Assembly: GCA_963712275.1 (NCBI GenBank)
Contig: CAVQHD010000001.1
Coordinates: 416,001 to 480,000 of the forward strand
DNA length: 64,000 nucleotides
Direction of reading: 5' to 3'
Source of the DNA: an uncultured Rhabdochlamydiaceae bacterium
Lineage (GTDB): Bacteria > Chlamydiota > Chlamydiia > Chlamydiales > Rhabdochlamydiaceae
The translations under genes were made by a program, and so were the position numbers. This document shows positions 8,700 through 17,336 of the stretch, piece by piece. Below the pieces are notes generated by a model. It had not been told where the DNA came from. It worked only from the letters and a program-made list of their open reading frames with translations, and made no database searches. Every line of letters begins with the position of its first letter. Position 1 is the first letter of the stretch.

Positions 8700-9962
8700 T
8701 CAACTGGTAGATATTAACCATTTCCAAATTGGAATAACTAGAATCAGAAACCCCTGCATCTCTATGGTATTTTGTTCATTTTCCGTGAGGATGATTCCTT
8801 TGCGTAAGTTATAAGCCTTCATCGCTTCAATGAGACCTTCGATCTCTCGATTTTTTGTCTCTTCGTTAGAGAGATTTGTCGTCACTTGGATGGCTTGAGT
8901 GATCCGATAGCCTTCTCTAATAATGAAATCACATTCTTTCTTATCCTTGTGAAAGTAGATTTCTTTCGTTTGCATTCTAAGATGAAGAAATACAATATTC
9001 TCTAACAGGCGTCCTCTGTCTTCGCTGACCCGAAATCCGGCTGAGCGAATCAGGGCAGGATCAATCATGTAACATTTTTTGTTATATTGGATTTGTTTTT
9101 TGAGAGAATGACTATAGCGGTTTACAAAAAAGCAAAGGTAGCACAGCTCCAAATAATTGCAATAGTTCGCGATTGTATGAGGGCTGCTAAGGCCTACAAT
9201 TTTAGCTAGGTTTGTATAGCTAAACTCCTTCCCAATGTTGCTGGCTAAATAATAAACCACTTCTCGCAACGCTTTTTCATCATGAATCTTGTAGCGAGTA
9301 ATGATATCTCGATAGAGAATCCCTTCGAGTAGTTCCTTCAAGTATTCAGGTTTTTCAAATTTTATATATTCTGGAATCCCACCATTTTTTAAGTAGTTTG
9401 AAAAATGGTGTTGGATCATGCCAACATCACTCGTCGATAGAGCTTTTTTTGCAAGCACTTCAGGGAGTTTATGGTTGATGATTTCCTGAAACGAAAGAGG
9501 ATAGGCTTCGAGTTGAATGTATCTACCTGTTAAATGGGTACCCAATTCCTTGCTTAAGAGCCTTGCGTTTGACCCAGTAATGTAAATCTTTTTCCCTTGC
9601 TCATAGAGTCTTCGTATGAAGCGTTCCCAACCTTCGACATTTTGAATTTCGTCAAAATAAAATGTCGATTGATCACCAAATACTTCTATGAAAACTTCCA
9701 ATAACATTTGAAAGTCTTCAACCTGGAACTGAACTAATCGGTCGTCATCGAAATTGAGATAATAATCTGACTTTGCACGCTCTAGCTGTAAAACGCGTTG
9801 AATTGTCGATTTCCCCGACCTTCTGATTCCGCTGATGATGATGATATTGGGATCGTCTATAAAACGGTGGATAGTCTTTGTCAATGTGCGGGCAAAAAAG
9901 TCCTTGGGAGGTCTGTACTCCCGTTGATCGGCTAACACTTGTTTGAGGACGTCTCGTTCCAT
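8700..9962 (-). CDS. AAA_14 ATPase with DUF4143 and C-terminal nuclease-like domain
   Basis: Walker A GIRRSGKST, FDEIQ, ITGSN, LTGR, GRLLENIV, KECDFI..AIQV; likely ATG at 9962. Confidence 0.9.
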   Translation of the reverse strand: MERDVLKQVLADQREYRPPKDFFARTLTKTIHRFIDDPNIIIISGIRRSGKSTIQRVLQLERAKSDYYLNFDDDRLVQFQVEDFQMLLEVFIEVFGDQSTFYFDEIQNVEGWERFIRRLYEQGKKIYITGSNARLLSKELGTHLTGRYIQLEAYPLSFQEIINHKLPEVLAKKALSTSDVGMIQHHFSNYLKNGGIPEYIKFEKPEYLKELLEGILYRDIITRYKIHDEKALREVVYYLASNIGKEFSYTNLAKIVGLSSPHTIANYCNYLELCYLCFFVNRYSHSLKKQIQYNKKCYMIDPALIRSAGFRVSEDRGRLLENIVFLHLRMQTKEIYFHKDKKECDFIIREGYRITQAIQVTTNLSNEETKNREIEGLIEAMKAYNLRKGIILTENEQNTIEMQGFLILVIPIWKWLISTS

Positions 9963-9969
9963 TTCCTTG

Positions 9970-9997
9970 ATTATACCAGATAACCGTGCGTTGTCAA
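9970..9997 (-). promoter_or_regulatory. Consensus sigma70/sigma66 promoter, probably giving a leaderless mRNA
   Basis: Minus strand TTGACA-16 nt-TATAAT ending 7 nt before the ATG at 9962. Confidence 0.7.
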
Positions 9998-10052
9998 TGC
10001 AGGCTTTAGCCAATAACCGTGCATTATTAATGCACGCTATTGCATAACAGCC

Positions 10053-10085
10053 TTAATATAAGGGAATTAGGTCTTTATCTTCCAT
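10053..10085 (-). pseudogene. Possible stub of a HEPN/DUF86 toxin
   Basis: MEDKDLIPLY* overlaps the end of the MNT gene, where the HepT partner normally starts. Confidence 0.45.
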
Positions 10086-10437
10086 AGATAGGTTTTGCTT
10101 TTGTCAGGACTTCATTCCGGAAGAGAGGGCTTAAATCATTTGGAGTTTTTAAATCTACTTGTCGTCCAATAATTTCACCAAGTTCCGATTCAATACCAGC
10201 AAAGCTGAAAAGGTGAGGAATATGTTTTTTTTCGAACTTGACCAATACGTCTATATCACTTTTTGCTGAGAAATTTGAAGTTAAAACAGAGCCAAAAAGA
10301 GCCAAATAAACGATGTGATATTTTTTGCAAAATTTTTCAATTTTGCGTTTATCTAAATTGATAGAACTTTTTCCCACGACTATACCTCTTTTATCTTGTT
10401 GCCGCTGGGTTAAAGAGGAAATCGACAACCTCCGCAT
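10075..10437 (-). CDS. Minimal nucleotidyltransferase (MntA-type antitoxin)
   Basis: LALFGSVL, SDIDVLV, GRQVDL motifs; true start may lie ~20 codons downstream. Confidence 0.88.
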   Translation of the reverse strand: MRRLSISSLTQRQQDKRGIVVGKSSINLDKRKIEKFCKKYHIVYLALFGSVLTSNFSAKSDIDVLVKFEKKHIPHLFSFAGIESELGEIIGRQVDLKTPNDLSPLFRNEVLTKAKPIYGR

Positions 10438-10515
10438 ACCTCAGTCTTTAGCTCCCTAGTCGAAGCCTTTTACCCCTGAATTTATTGTATCATAATGCGA
10501 TATAGTCCACCATGA

Positions 10516-10561
10516 GAACTTATCCCGATAAAAAGTTTCGGTCGATTTTCGGACCTGGTTC
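10516..10561. repeat. Collapsed palindromic element, subfamily D
   Basis: GAACTTATCCCGATAAAA...TCGATTTTCGG...GGTTC; similar to 58018-58062. Confidence 0.75.
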
Positions 10562-10607
10562 AAAAGAGCCCGAAAGTTGACAGAACTTAGTTTTGAAAGA
10601 GGTCTTG

Positions 10608-11480
10608 ATGAATAATGACCCTATTGGAATTTTTGATTCTGGCTTTGGAGGGCTGACAGTTCTCAAAGAGCTTCAGCGAGTACTTCCTTATGAGCAGATG
10701 ATTTATGTTGGCGATACCGCTCATCTTCCGTATGGCACAAAAAGCCGTGAAACCATCACTCGGTATTCCCTAGAAAATTGCTCTTTTCTCGCCAGCCAAG
10801 GCGTTAAATTGATCGTCATTGCCTGCAATACAGCAACTTCCATGGCGCTGAATACCCTACAAGCTCATTTTTCCATTCCACTGATTGGCGTGATTGATCC
10901 TGTCATTGAATCCCTTGTCAAGCCGCCCAAGCCTACAGGGGAGATGCGGATTGGGATTTTAGGAACACAAGCTACCGTCATGTCAAACGTCTATCAGAAA
11001 AAAATCCACCACCATCTTCCCAATAGCAAGCTCATCGCCGTTCCCTCTCCCCTCCTTGTCAACCTCGTTGAAGAGGGGTTTATCGACCATCCGATGACGC
11101 ATCTTGCAATTGAAGAGTATCTGGAGCCTCTCCTCCAGGCAGGCGTTGATACCATTATCCTTGCCTGCACCCACTTTCCCCTTCTCAAAGACCTCATTGA
11201 GCAAGCCGCCAGCTCCCACGTGCAAGTGATCGACCCCGCCCTTGCCTGCGCGCAAGCCGTCAAAGCCACCTTGCACAAACTCGATCTCCTATCGACAAAT
11301 AGAGATGCCTCCAATCCTCTATTTTATGTCTCAGACGACCCAGATAAATTCCAGCGGCTTGGCTCCCAGTTTCTCAAACACCCCATCGCCGATGTTCATC
11401 TCTATTGCGCATCCCAAAGAGCTGACAGCGGAATGGCAATCCGATCCTTTCGCAGCGCAACGACTTCCTTGCCCGGATAA
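10608..11480 (+). CDS. murI: Glutamate racemase
   Basis: IGIFDSGFGGLTV, IACNTAT, LACTHFP catalytic motifs. Confidence 0.96.
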   Translation: MNNDPIGIFDSGFGGLTVLKELQRVLPYEQMIYVGDTAHLPYGTKSRETITRYSLENCSFLASQGVKLIVIACNTATSMALNTLQAHFSIPLIGVIDPVIESLVKPPKPTGEMRIGILGTQATVMSNVYQKKIHHHLPNSKLIAVPSPLLVNLVEEGFIDHPMTHLAIEEYLEPLLQAGVDTIILACTHFPLLKDLIEQAASSHVQVIDPALACAQAVKATLHKLDLLSTNRDASNPLFYVSDDPDKFQRLGSQFLKHPIADVHLYCASQRADSGMAIRSFRSATTSLPG

Positions 11481-12637
11481 AGAATAATTCCCCGAATCAT
11501 TTTATCTCCCATTTCCTCGCCTAAAAAATCAAGCCCTTTCCAATCCTCTGAAGAAATTGTTTCTGAAGACTTGACTTCGATACCTACAATTTGTCCAGCG
11601 CGGTTCTCTAAGACAATATCCACCTCAACACCTACTTGCGTGCGATAGTGATAAAGCTCTATAGGATAAAGAGCCCAACTAGAAAGTTTCTTTAATTCGA
11701 GAAAAACAAAATTTTCCAAGATGGGTCCTAGCAATCTTCCATTTTCTAAAATCGCCTCGTTTCCCACTCTCAATTGATTAATTAATAATCCCGTGTCGCC
11801 AAAATAAATCTTGGGCATTTTAATCAAACGTTTTGTTCGATTAAGATGCCAAGCAGGTTGCCGTATAATAAGAAATAAAGCTTCTAAAAGAGCCATATAA
11901 TGATTTAGAGTTGTATAAGGAATCGAGGCAATCCGGCTTAATTCGGATAAATTTAATAAATTCGAGCTGCGGGCAGCTAAAATAGTGAGTATTTTAGCAA
12001 GATCTCTAGGCCGTCCAATATTTGCTAAATCTTGAACATCCCTTTCTAAAATTGTCGTTAATAAATTATCATACCATCGATCTCTCATAACAGAGTCCAA
12101 AACAAGTGCATTTGGATACCCTCCTGCGGAAAAAACTTCGATCATATTCTTCCGGCTCCAATGAACTCCTTCTGAAAAGACCGCAGCAGGATCAAATATC
12201 CGTTCTAAAAACCGAGATTTTTTTTGCTGAATTTCACTCATGGAAAGAGGCCACATATGGAGAATGAACATCCGACCTGCTAATGAATCATTCAGTTTTG
12301 GCGCTACCAAAGGATTGGCCGATCCAGTTAGTCCGAAAGAACCAGGAACTCTCTCTTCATCAATAGATAACTTGATGGGAAGCGCGATTTCAGGAGCTCT
12401 TTGCACTTCATCGATAATCACCGGCCTTACAAGCGCTCCAACAAACCCTTCCGGGTCTTCCTGGGCCGCTGCAAGCTGTTTGAGAGTATCGAATGTGAGG
12501 TAATTCATCCTAAGTTCCTCACCAATCTCCCGCATGAGAGTTGTCTTTCCACTCTGGCGCGGGCCAATCAGAAGAGTCACAGGACTCACTTTAAATGCTT
12601 GTAATAGAGTCTCTTTTAGATACCTAGGGTATTCCAT
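11402..12637 (-). CDS. AAA_14 ATPase with DUF4143 and PD-(D/E)XK-like C-terminus
   Basis: GPRQSGKTT, IDEVQ, LTGS, SLAGR, EVDIVLE..GIEVKSS. Confidence 0.9.
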   Translation of the reverse strand: MEYPRYLKETLLQAFKVSPVTLLIGPRQSGKTTLMREIGEELRMNYLTFDTLKQLAAAQEDPEGFVGALVRPVIIDEVQRAPEIALPIKLSIDEERVPGSFGLTGSANPLVAPKLNDSLAGRMFILHMWPLSMSEIQQKKSRFLERIFDPAAVFSEGVHWSRKNMIEVFSAGGYPNALVLDSVMRDRWYDNLLTTILERDVQDLANIGRPRDLAKILTILAARSSNLLNLSELSRIASIPYTTLNHYMALLEALFLIIRQPAWHLNRTKRLIKMPKIYFGDTGLLINQLRVGNEAILENGRLLGPILENFVFLELKKLSSWALYPIELYHYRTQVGVEVDIVLENRAGQIVGIEVKSSETISSEDWKGLDFLGEEMGDKMIRGIILYPGKEVVALRKDRIAIPLSALWDAQ

Positions 12638-12831
12638 GCAAAATTATCCGCCTTTTGGATAGATATTATCCGTGCAGCCGATAATTTTACATAAAAATCA
12701 TAACTCATTGAAAATCAATTTGATTAATACAAGTTTTTCTGAGAATGCCAAGAAAAACTGAATGTATTGCAACTTTTCCTCAGTATGTCCAATTTTTCTG
12801 GACATTCTCAGGAAAACTTGTCTAATTAAGT

Positions 12832-14550
12832 TTATTTCTTTCGCAAGGACAGGATGGTCCCATGTTCTGAAGAGCGCGCGTCGACATAGAGAAATGAATC
12901 TGCTCCTCCTTTAAAAAGCGAGAAGAGGCGCGAGGTGGGCTGCAAGGTGTCGGGAAGGGTTTCTGAATCGACCATGATGCACGGGTTGATCGATTCGCTT
13001 GCCAAGGTTTTGGCTTTTTCAAGAAGGGGCGTAAGGGTCTCATCTGAGGGAATGAGGTGGATGGAATAAAAAGCCCAGCTGAACCAAGGAAACCGCCTTT
13101 TGACCCCTTGCCGAAGAAGCAGATGGACATTGGGACCTACGCTTAAGAGAAGAAGCGCTTTGAACCAGGAAGCCTTGGAAAGGATTAAAATGGCCTGCGG
13201 ATTTTTTTCAAGCAGCTCGAGGTTTTCTGTCTTAAGGCGCGCAAACGGTTTCAAAAGATGGCGAGCAATAAAGGGGAGCGCAAGATCTGAGAGCCGAGAA
13301 ATCATCAGGAGCGATAACAACAGCGTGAGAATTCCAATAAAGCCAAATCCTTGAGCAGGAGAAAGGCCTAAGATGGTACTGAAAAAAAAGAGGGCAAAAG
13401 AGGCTACGAGCACTCCGCCAAAACTCAAAAAATTGTTTGCAGCAATGATCTCTCCTCTCCTTTCATCAGGACTATAGAGCTGAACAAAAGAGTCAAAAGG
13501 AACAATGAAGAGCCCTCCGCAAATTCCAAGCGCAATGAGAAACGAGACAACAATAAAAAGATCTTTGTAGCAAAAAGAAAGGAGAAGTAAGAGAGCCGCA
13601 ATGAAAAGCCCCGCAAAGCATGAGAGACCGAGTTCAACTCTTTTTTTAGACACTTTCCCACCGATCAAAGACCCGATTGCAATTCCCAGCGCAATCGGCA
13701 GGAAAAGGTACCCCCCTGCAATCTCTGTCAGATGGAGCGAGTTAATCGCAAAGGGAATAATATTGAGCTGCGCAAAGGAGCCCACAAAAAGAAAATAGGC
13801 CGATCCAAGCATTGCGATAAGCAGGTGCTTTCTAGTTCGGCAAAAACGGAGCGTTCTAAAAATTTCCCGAATGAAAAGCCACTGAGGATTTTTGTGATTC
13901 TGTTGCGCAGGCGTTAGGCGAATGCCAAATGTGGAGATAAAACCAATCAGCGCGATCAAAAAACAGGCAACGGCGACAAAGACATAGTGTTTAGAGCTAA
14001 CTTCAGATAGAAACGAGGCTAAAAAGGTTCCAACGATGATCCCCAAATAGGTGAAAGAGGTGATCAGTCCATTCGCAGAGGAGACTTTATCCTGTGGAAC
14101 AAGTTCTGCAATAATCGCATACTTGGAAGGGCCTAGTATTGCGCTATGGGTTGCAAGCACGAATAGAAGGGAATAGCTGGCCCACACACTTTTAACGCCA
14201 AATGCAACCATTGCCAAAATCATGATGATCATCTCAATGACCTTCATTCCCATCAAAAGTTTTTGTTTACTAAACCGATCTGCAAGAGATCCTGCCGCCG
14301 AAGAAAACAAAAGAAAGGGGATGACAAAAATCGCTCCAGCAATCGACATAATAGTGCTTGCATGCTCCTTTCCCAAGATGTCGATTAAAAGAAAAGCAAT
14401 GACAAATTTGAAGATGTTATCATTCAGGACTCCCATAAATTGGGAAATATTGAGAAAATGGAGCGAATGCTTATCAGGTCTAGAAAAACCCGGAATTTTA
14501 GATAGAAATTTAGATAGCCATTGATAGAGTGGTTTAGGTAAAAGCACCAT
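12832..14550 (-). CDS. MFS transporter, LplT/Aas-like, with degenerate C-terminal domain
   Basis: QFMGVLNDNIFK, AGSLADRFSK, GPSKYAIIAEL motifs; about 12 TM segments. Confidence 0.85.
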   Translation of the reverse strand: MVLLPKPLYQWLSKFLSKIPGFSRPDKHSLHFLNISQFMGVLNDNIFKFVIAFLLIDILGKEHASTIMSIAGAIFVIPFLLFSSAAGSLADRFSKQKLLMGMKVIEMIIMILAMVAFGVKSVWASYSLLFVLATHSAILGPSKYAIIAELVPQDKVSSANGLITSFTYLGIIVGTFLASFLSEVSSKHYVFVAVACFLIALIGFISTFGIRLTPAQQNHKNPQWLFIREIFRTLRFCRTRKHLLIAMLGSAYFLFVGSFAQLNIIPFAINSLHLTEIAGGYLFLPIALGIAIGSLIGGKVSKKRVELGLSCFAGLFIAALLLLLSFCYKDLFIVVSFLIALGICGGLFIVPFDSFVQLYSPDERRGEIIAANNFLSFGGVLVASFALFFFSTILGLSPAQGFGFIGILTLLLSLLMISRLSDLALPFIARHLLKPFARLKTENLELLEKNPQAILILSKASWFKALLLLSVGPNVHLLLRQGVKRRFPWFSWAFYSIHLIPSDETLTPLLEKAKTLASESINPCIMVDSETLPDTLQPTSRLFSLFKGGADSFLYVDARSSEHGTILSLRKK

Positions 14551-14585
14551 AGAACGAACTTTAGCAGGAACAATTTAAGACCACC

Positions 14586-17336
14586 ATGAAAGATTTTGGG
14601 AAAGTTTTTCTCTCAAACCAGCTCCATACGCTTTCTGATATGCTATGTCAGAAATTATTTAACTCTTCATCAAATCCTTTAGAGAAACGGTGGCTGATTG
14701 TTCCAAGCGAAGAAATCAAACTCGATCTTTATCTACGGTGGCTTTCAAAAATCGATGTTGTGACAGGAATCAATACCGTGACCTATGGAGAATTGATTCG
14801 AACCCTTTTTCCAGCAATTCCTTCCAAAATGGAGCTCTTTCTCCGGATTCAAACAGCGCTTGGCACAGCTCAAGAGTTGACTTCTTACCTAAAAGGAGGC
14901 GGGGATTTAAGAAAACTCGATCTCTGCGAAGAGCTTAGCTCCCTTTTCCTCCGCTATCTTCAAAAACCTAAACAAGAGATTCTAGAATGGCTTCAAAAAG
15001 AGGGATGGCAGCAACACCTTTGGAAAGAGATTTTTAAAGAAACTTTTCCAACAGAGGTTGTGAGGTCGCTGCCAGGCGCCTTTTTTTTCTATCACATCTC
15101 AAAAATCACCCCCCATGAGTGGGAGGTGTTTTCAAAAATGGAGACTTTTTGGTTTCTCTTTTCCCCAAGCGAAATGTATTTAGGCGACTTCCAAACCGAA
15201 AGAGAGCAGCTCTACCTTCTTCGGCAAGCGAAGGGGAGCGCTCGAGATGATCTTGCCCATTACTTTGAACAAGATTCTTCACTGCTGTCCAACTGGGGAA
15301 AAGAGGGGAGACGTTTTCTCCGCTTATTTGAAGATGTTGAAACAGTTGAGCTCTTTGAGCCGCCTTGTGGCACATCAGCTCTTCATCTGCTTCAAACAGA
15401 GTGGTTAACTCTTGAGAAAAAACAAAATGAGCTGGATCTTTCGATGCAACTCCACTCGGCATCCAGTTTATCTCAGGAAGTGGAAGTCGTCTGGGAAGTG
15501 ATTCAGCAGCTTCCCTTTGCACCTGAGGAGATTCTCGTGCTGGCCCCTGATATTCAACCTTATACAAGTAGCATCGAATGGATCTTTAAAGAGCGGGGCG
15601 GCCTCTATAAAATCATAGGGGTAGAGGCTGAAACAAATTCTCTCTTGCTGCAGGCGATGCATGCCCTCTTAGATCTTCCCAAATACCGGTTTTCACGCCG
15701 CGCTTTCGAAAAGCTTCTTCTTTGTCCCCCATTTATGAAACAGTTTCATTTAACCTTTGAAGAGGCTGAAACGATCTCCGAGTGGATGTCGGAGGGTTGT
15801 TTAAGATACGGGTTTTCAGATCTGAAAAGAGTCGTCGAAGCTCTAGTGCTAAATCAACAATTCTCCATTGATTTTTCCGATGCGCCTCTTTTAAGCCGGT
15901 GGATTGCAATGACCTCAAAACTAGAGGAATTGTTAGGAGACCTTCACCCAAGAACTGGAGAGGCATGGGCCGATTGGATAGAGCAGTGCGTCCAAAGTTT
16001 TTTTGCCTCTGACGAAGAAACCGGTATTTTAAGCGCGATGCTCTCGGCTCTTCGACATAAACAAATGGAAGGAGAGTTTCCTTTCCTGGCAGTCGAAAAA
16101 CTTTTTCAAACGACGTTTATCACTCGGACCGGCTCTATCCATCGATCCAGCCCTCAAGCCACCCGTTTTACATCGATCAATCCAGGGTCTCTGACCTCTG
16201 CAAAAGCGATCATCCTCATGGGAATGCAAGAGGGAGCTTTTCCACGAAGCGACTCTCCTTCTTCTCTCTCTTCATTTTCTCTTCCTAATCGCCTTGATGA
16301 AGACCGGGCTCTTTTTTTAGAGGCGATTGCTCACGCAGAGGAAAAGCTCATCTTGACCTACTCTCGATGCCACCCTGAAGATGGGAAAGAAATGCGCCCT
16401 TCTTCTCTTGTGGAAGCGCTCTCAAAAGATCGCGGAGGCCTCACGACATTTATCCATGAAAAACGGTACGTTGGACCTAAGAAAACAAGTCCTGCAAAAT
16501 ATCAGCCGCTATCCACTGCTTTGAAGCAAACAATCGATCTGAGAATGCTCAAAAAGTTGGCCCGGCATCCTGTAAAGTTTTTCTTTGAGTCGTCGGTAGG
16601 AATTCGATTTCCCTGGAAGGAGTCTGAATCCGAATTTCTTCTCTCCCCTCTTGAAATGCACCGTCTTCGAACGGCCTCTTTAACACGCGAAGAACTTGAG
16701 CGGCAAGGAAAGCTTCCCGAGGGAGTGTTCAGAGAAGTCGCCCTCCAATCCATCGAAGCGCAGCTTGAAGATTACCGAAAAGCGCTTGATAAGTTGGAGA
16801 TCGACCCCGCATCTCTCTTCTCGATTGAGCTCCACCCTCTTTGCCTTGCCCCCACCCAAATCTCAAAGGACCGGTTTGTTTACCCCTCTCTTAAAATCCA
16901 AGCTCCCTCAGGAGAGGTCAAAGAGCTTCAAGGAACGATCGAAAACCTTTCTGATAAAGGGCTTGTGATCCATGGAGAAAACTCTTTGGAAGAGATGCTC
17001 AAACAGTGGCCCATTTATTGCGTATCTCAAGCGGTTTTAGGAGAGAAGGGCTCCTCTCTTTGCCTGACAAAAAAAGCCGCGGTGGCCCACGTTAAAATCG
17101 AGAACCCCTTGGAAGCTCTGAGCCGGTATCTGGGGTATCTGCAGAAAAGCTTAGAAACACCCTCTCCTCTACTTCCAGCCTGGGGGCGCCGCCTCTTTAA
17201 AGGAGAAGAGCTTCCGGCAAAACCAGAGGATGACATCCTTGAGTGGGCCGAGAGAAGAGCTCTTCTCCCTTCTCCTCATGAATGGGCACGGGAGTGGAGA
17301 CCCTATTTACAGGAGGTTTTTCGTGAGCTCCTTTGA
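14586..17336 (+). CDS. recC: Exodeoxyribonuclease V gamma chain
   Basis: FLSNQLHTL, LLSNWGKEGR, EILVLAPDIQPY, EDRALFLEAI, HPVKFFF motifs. Confidence 0.9.
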   Translation: MKDFGKVFLSNQLHTLSDMLCQKLFNSSSNPLEKRWLIVPSEEIKLDLYLRWLSKIDVVTGINTVTYGELIRTLFPAIPSKMELFLRIQTALGTAQELTSYLKGGGDLRKLDLCEELSSLFLRYLQKPKQEILEWLQKEGWQQHLWKEIFKETFPTEVVRSLPGAFFFYHISKITPHEWEVFSKMETFWFLFSPSEMYLGDFQTEREQLYLLRQAKGSARDDLAHYFEQDSSLLSNWGKEGRRFLRLFEDVETVELFEPPCGTSALHLLQTEWLTLEKKQNELDLSMQLHSASSLSQEVEVVWEVIQQLPFAPEEILVLAPDIQPYTSSIEWIFKERGGLYKIIGVEAETNSLLLQAMHALLDLPKYRFSRRAFEKLLLCPPFMKQFHLTFEEAETISEWMSEGCLRYGFSDLKRVVEALVLNQQFSIDFSDAPLLSRWIAMTSKLEELLGDLHPRTGEAWADWIEQCVQSFFASDEETGILSAMLSALRHKQMEGEFPFLAVEKLFQTTFITRTGSIHRSSPQATRFTSINPGSLTSAKAIILMGMQEGAFPRSDSPSSLSSFSLPNRLDEDRALFLEAIAHAEEKLILTYSRCHPEDGKEMRPSSLVEALSKDRGGLTTFIHEKRYVGPKKTSPAKYQPLSTALKQTIDLRMLKKLARHPVKFFFESSVGIRFPWKESESEFLLSPLEMHRLRTASLTREELERQGKLPEGVFREVALQSIEAQLEDYRKALDKLEIDPASLFSIELHPLCLAPTQISKDRFVYPSLKIQAPSGEVKELQGTIENLSDKGLVIHGENSLEEMLKQWPIYCVSQAVLGEKGSSLCLTKKAAVAHVKIENPLEALSRYLGYLQKSLETPSPLLPAWGRRLFKGEELPAKPEDDILEWAERRALLPSPHEWAREWRPYLQEVFRELL

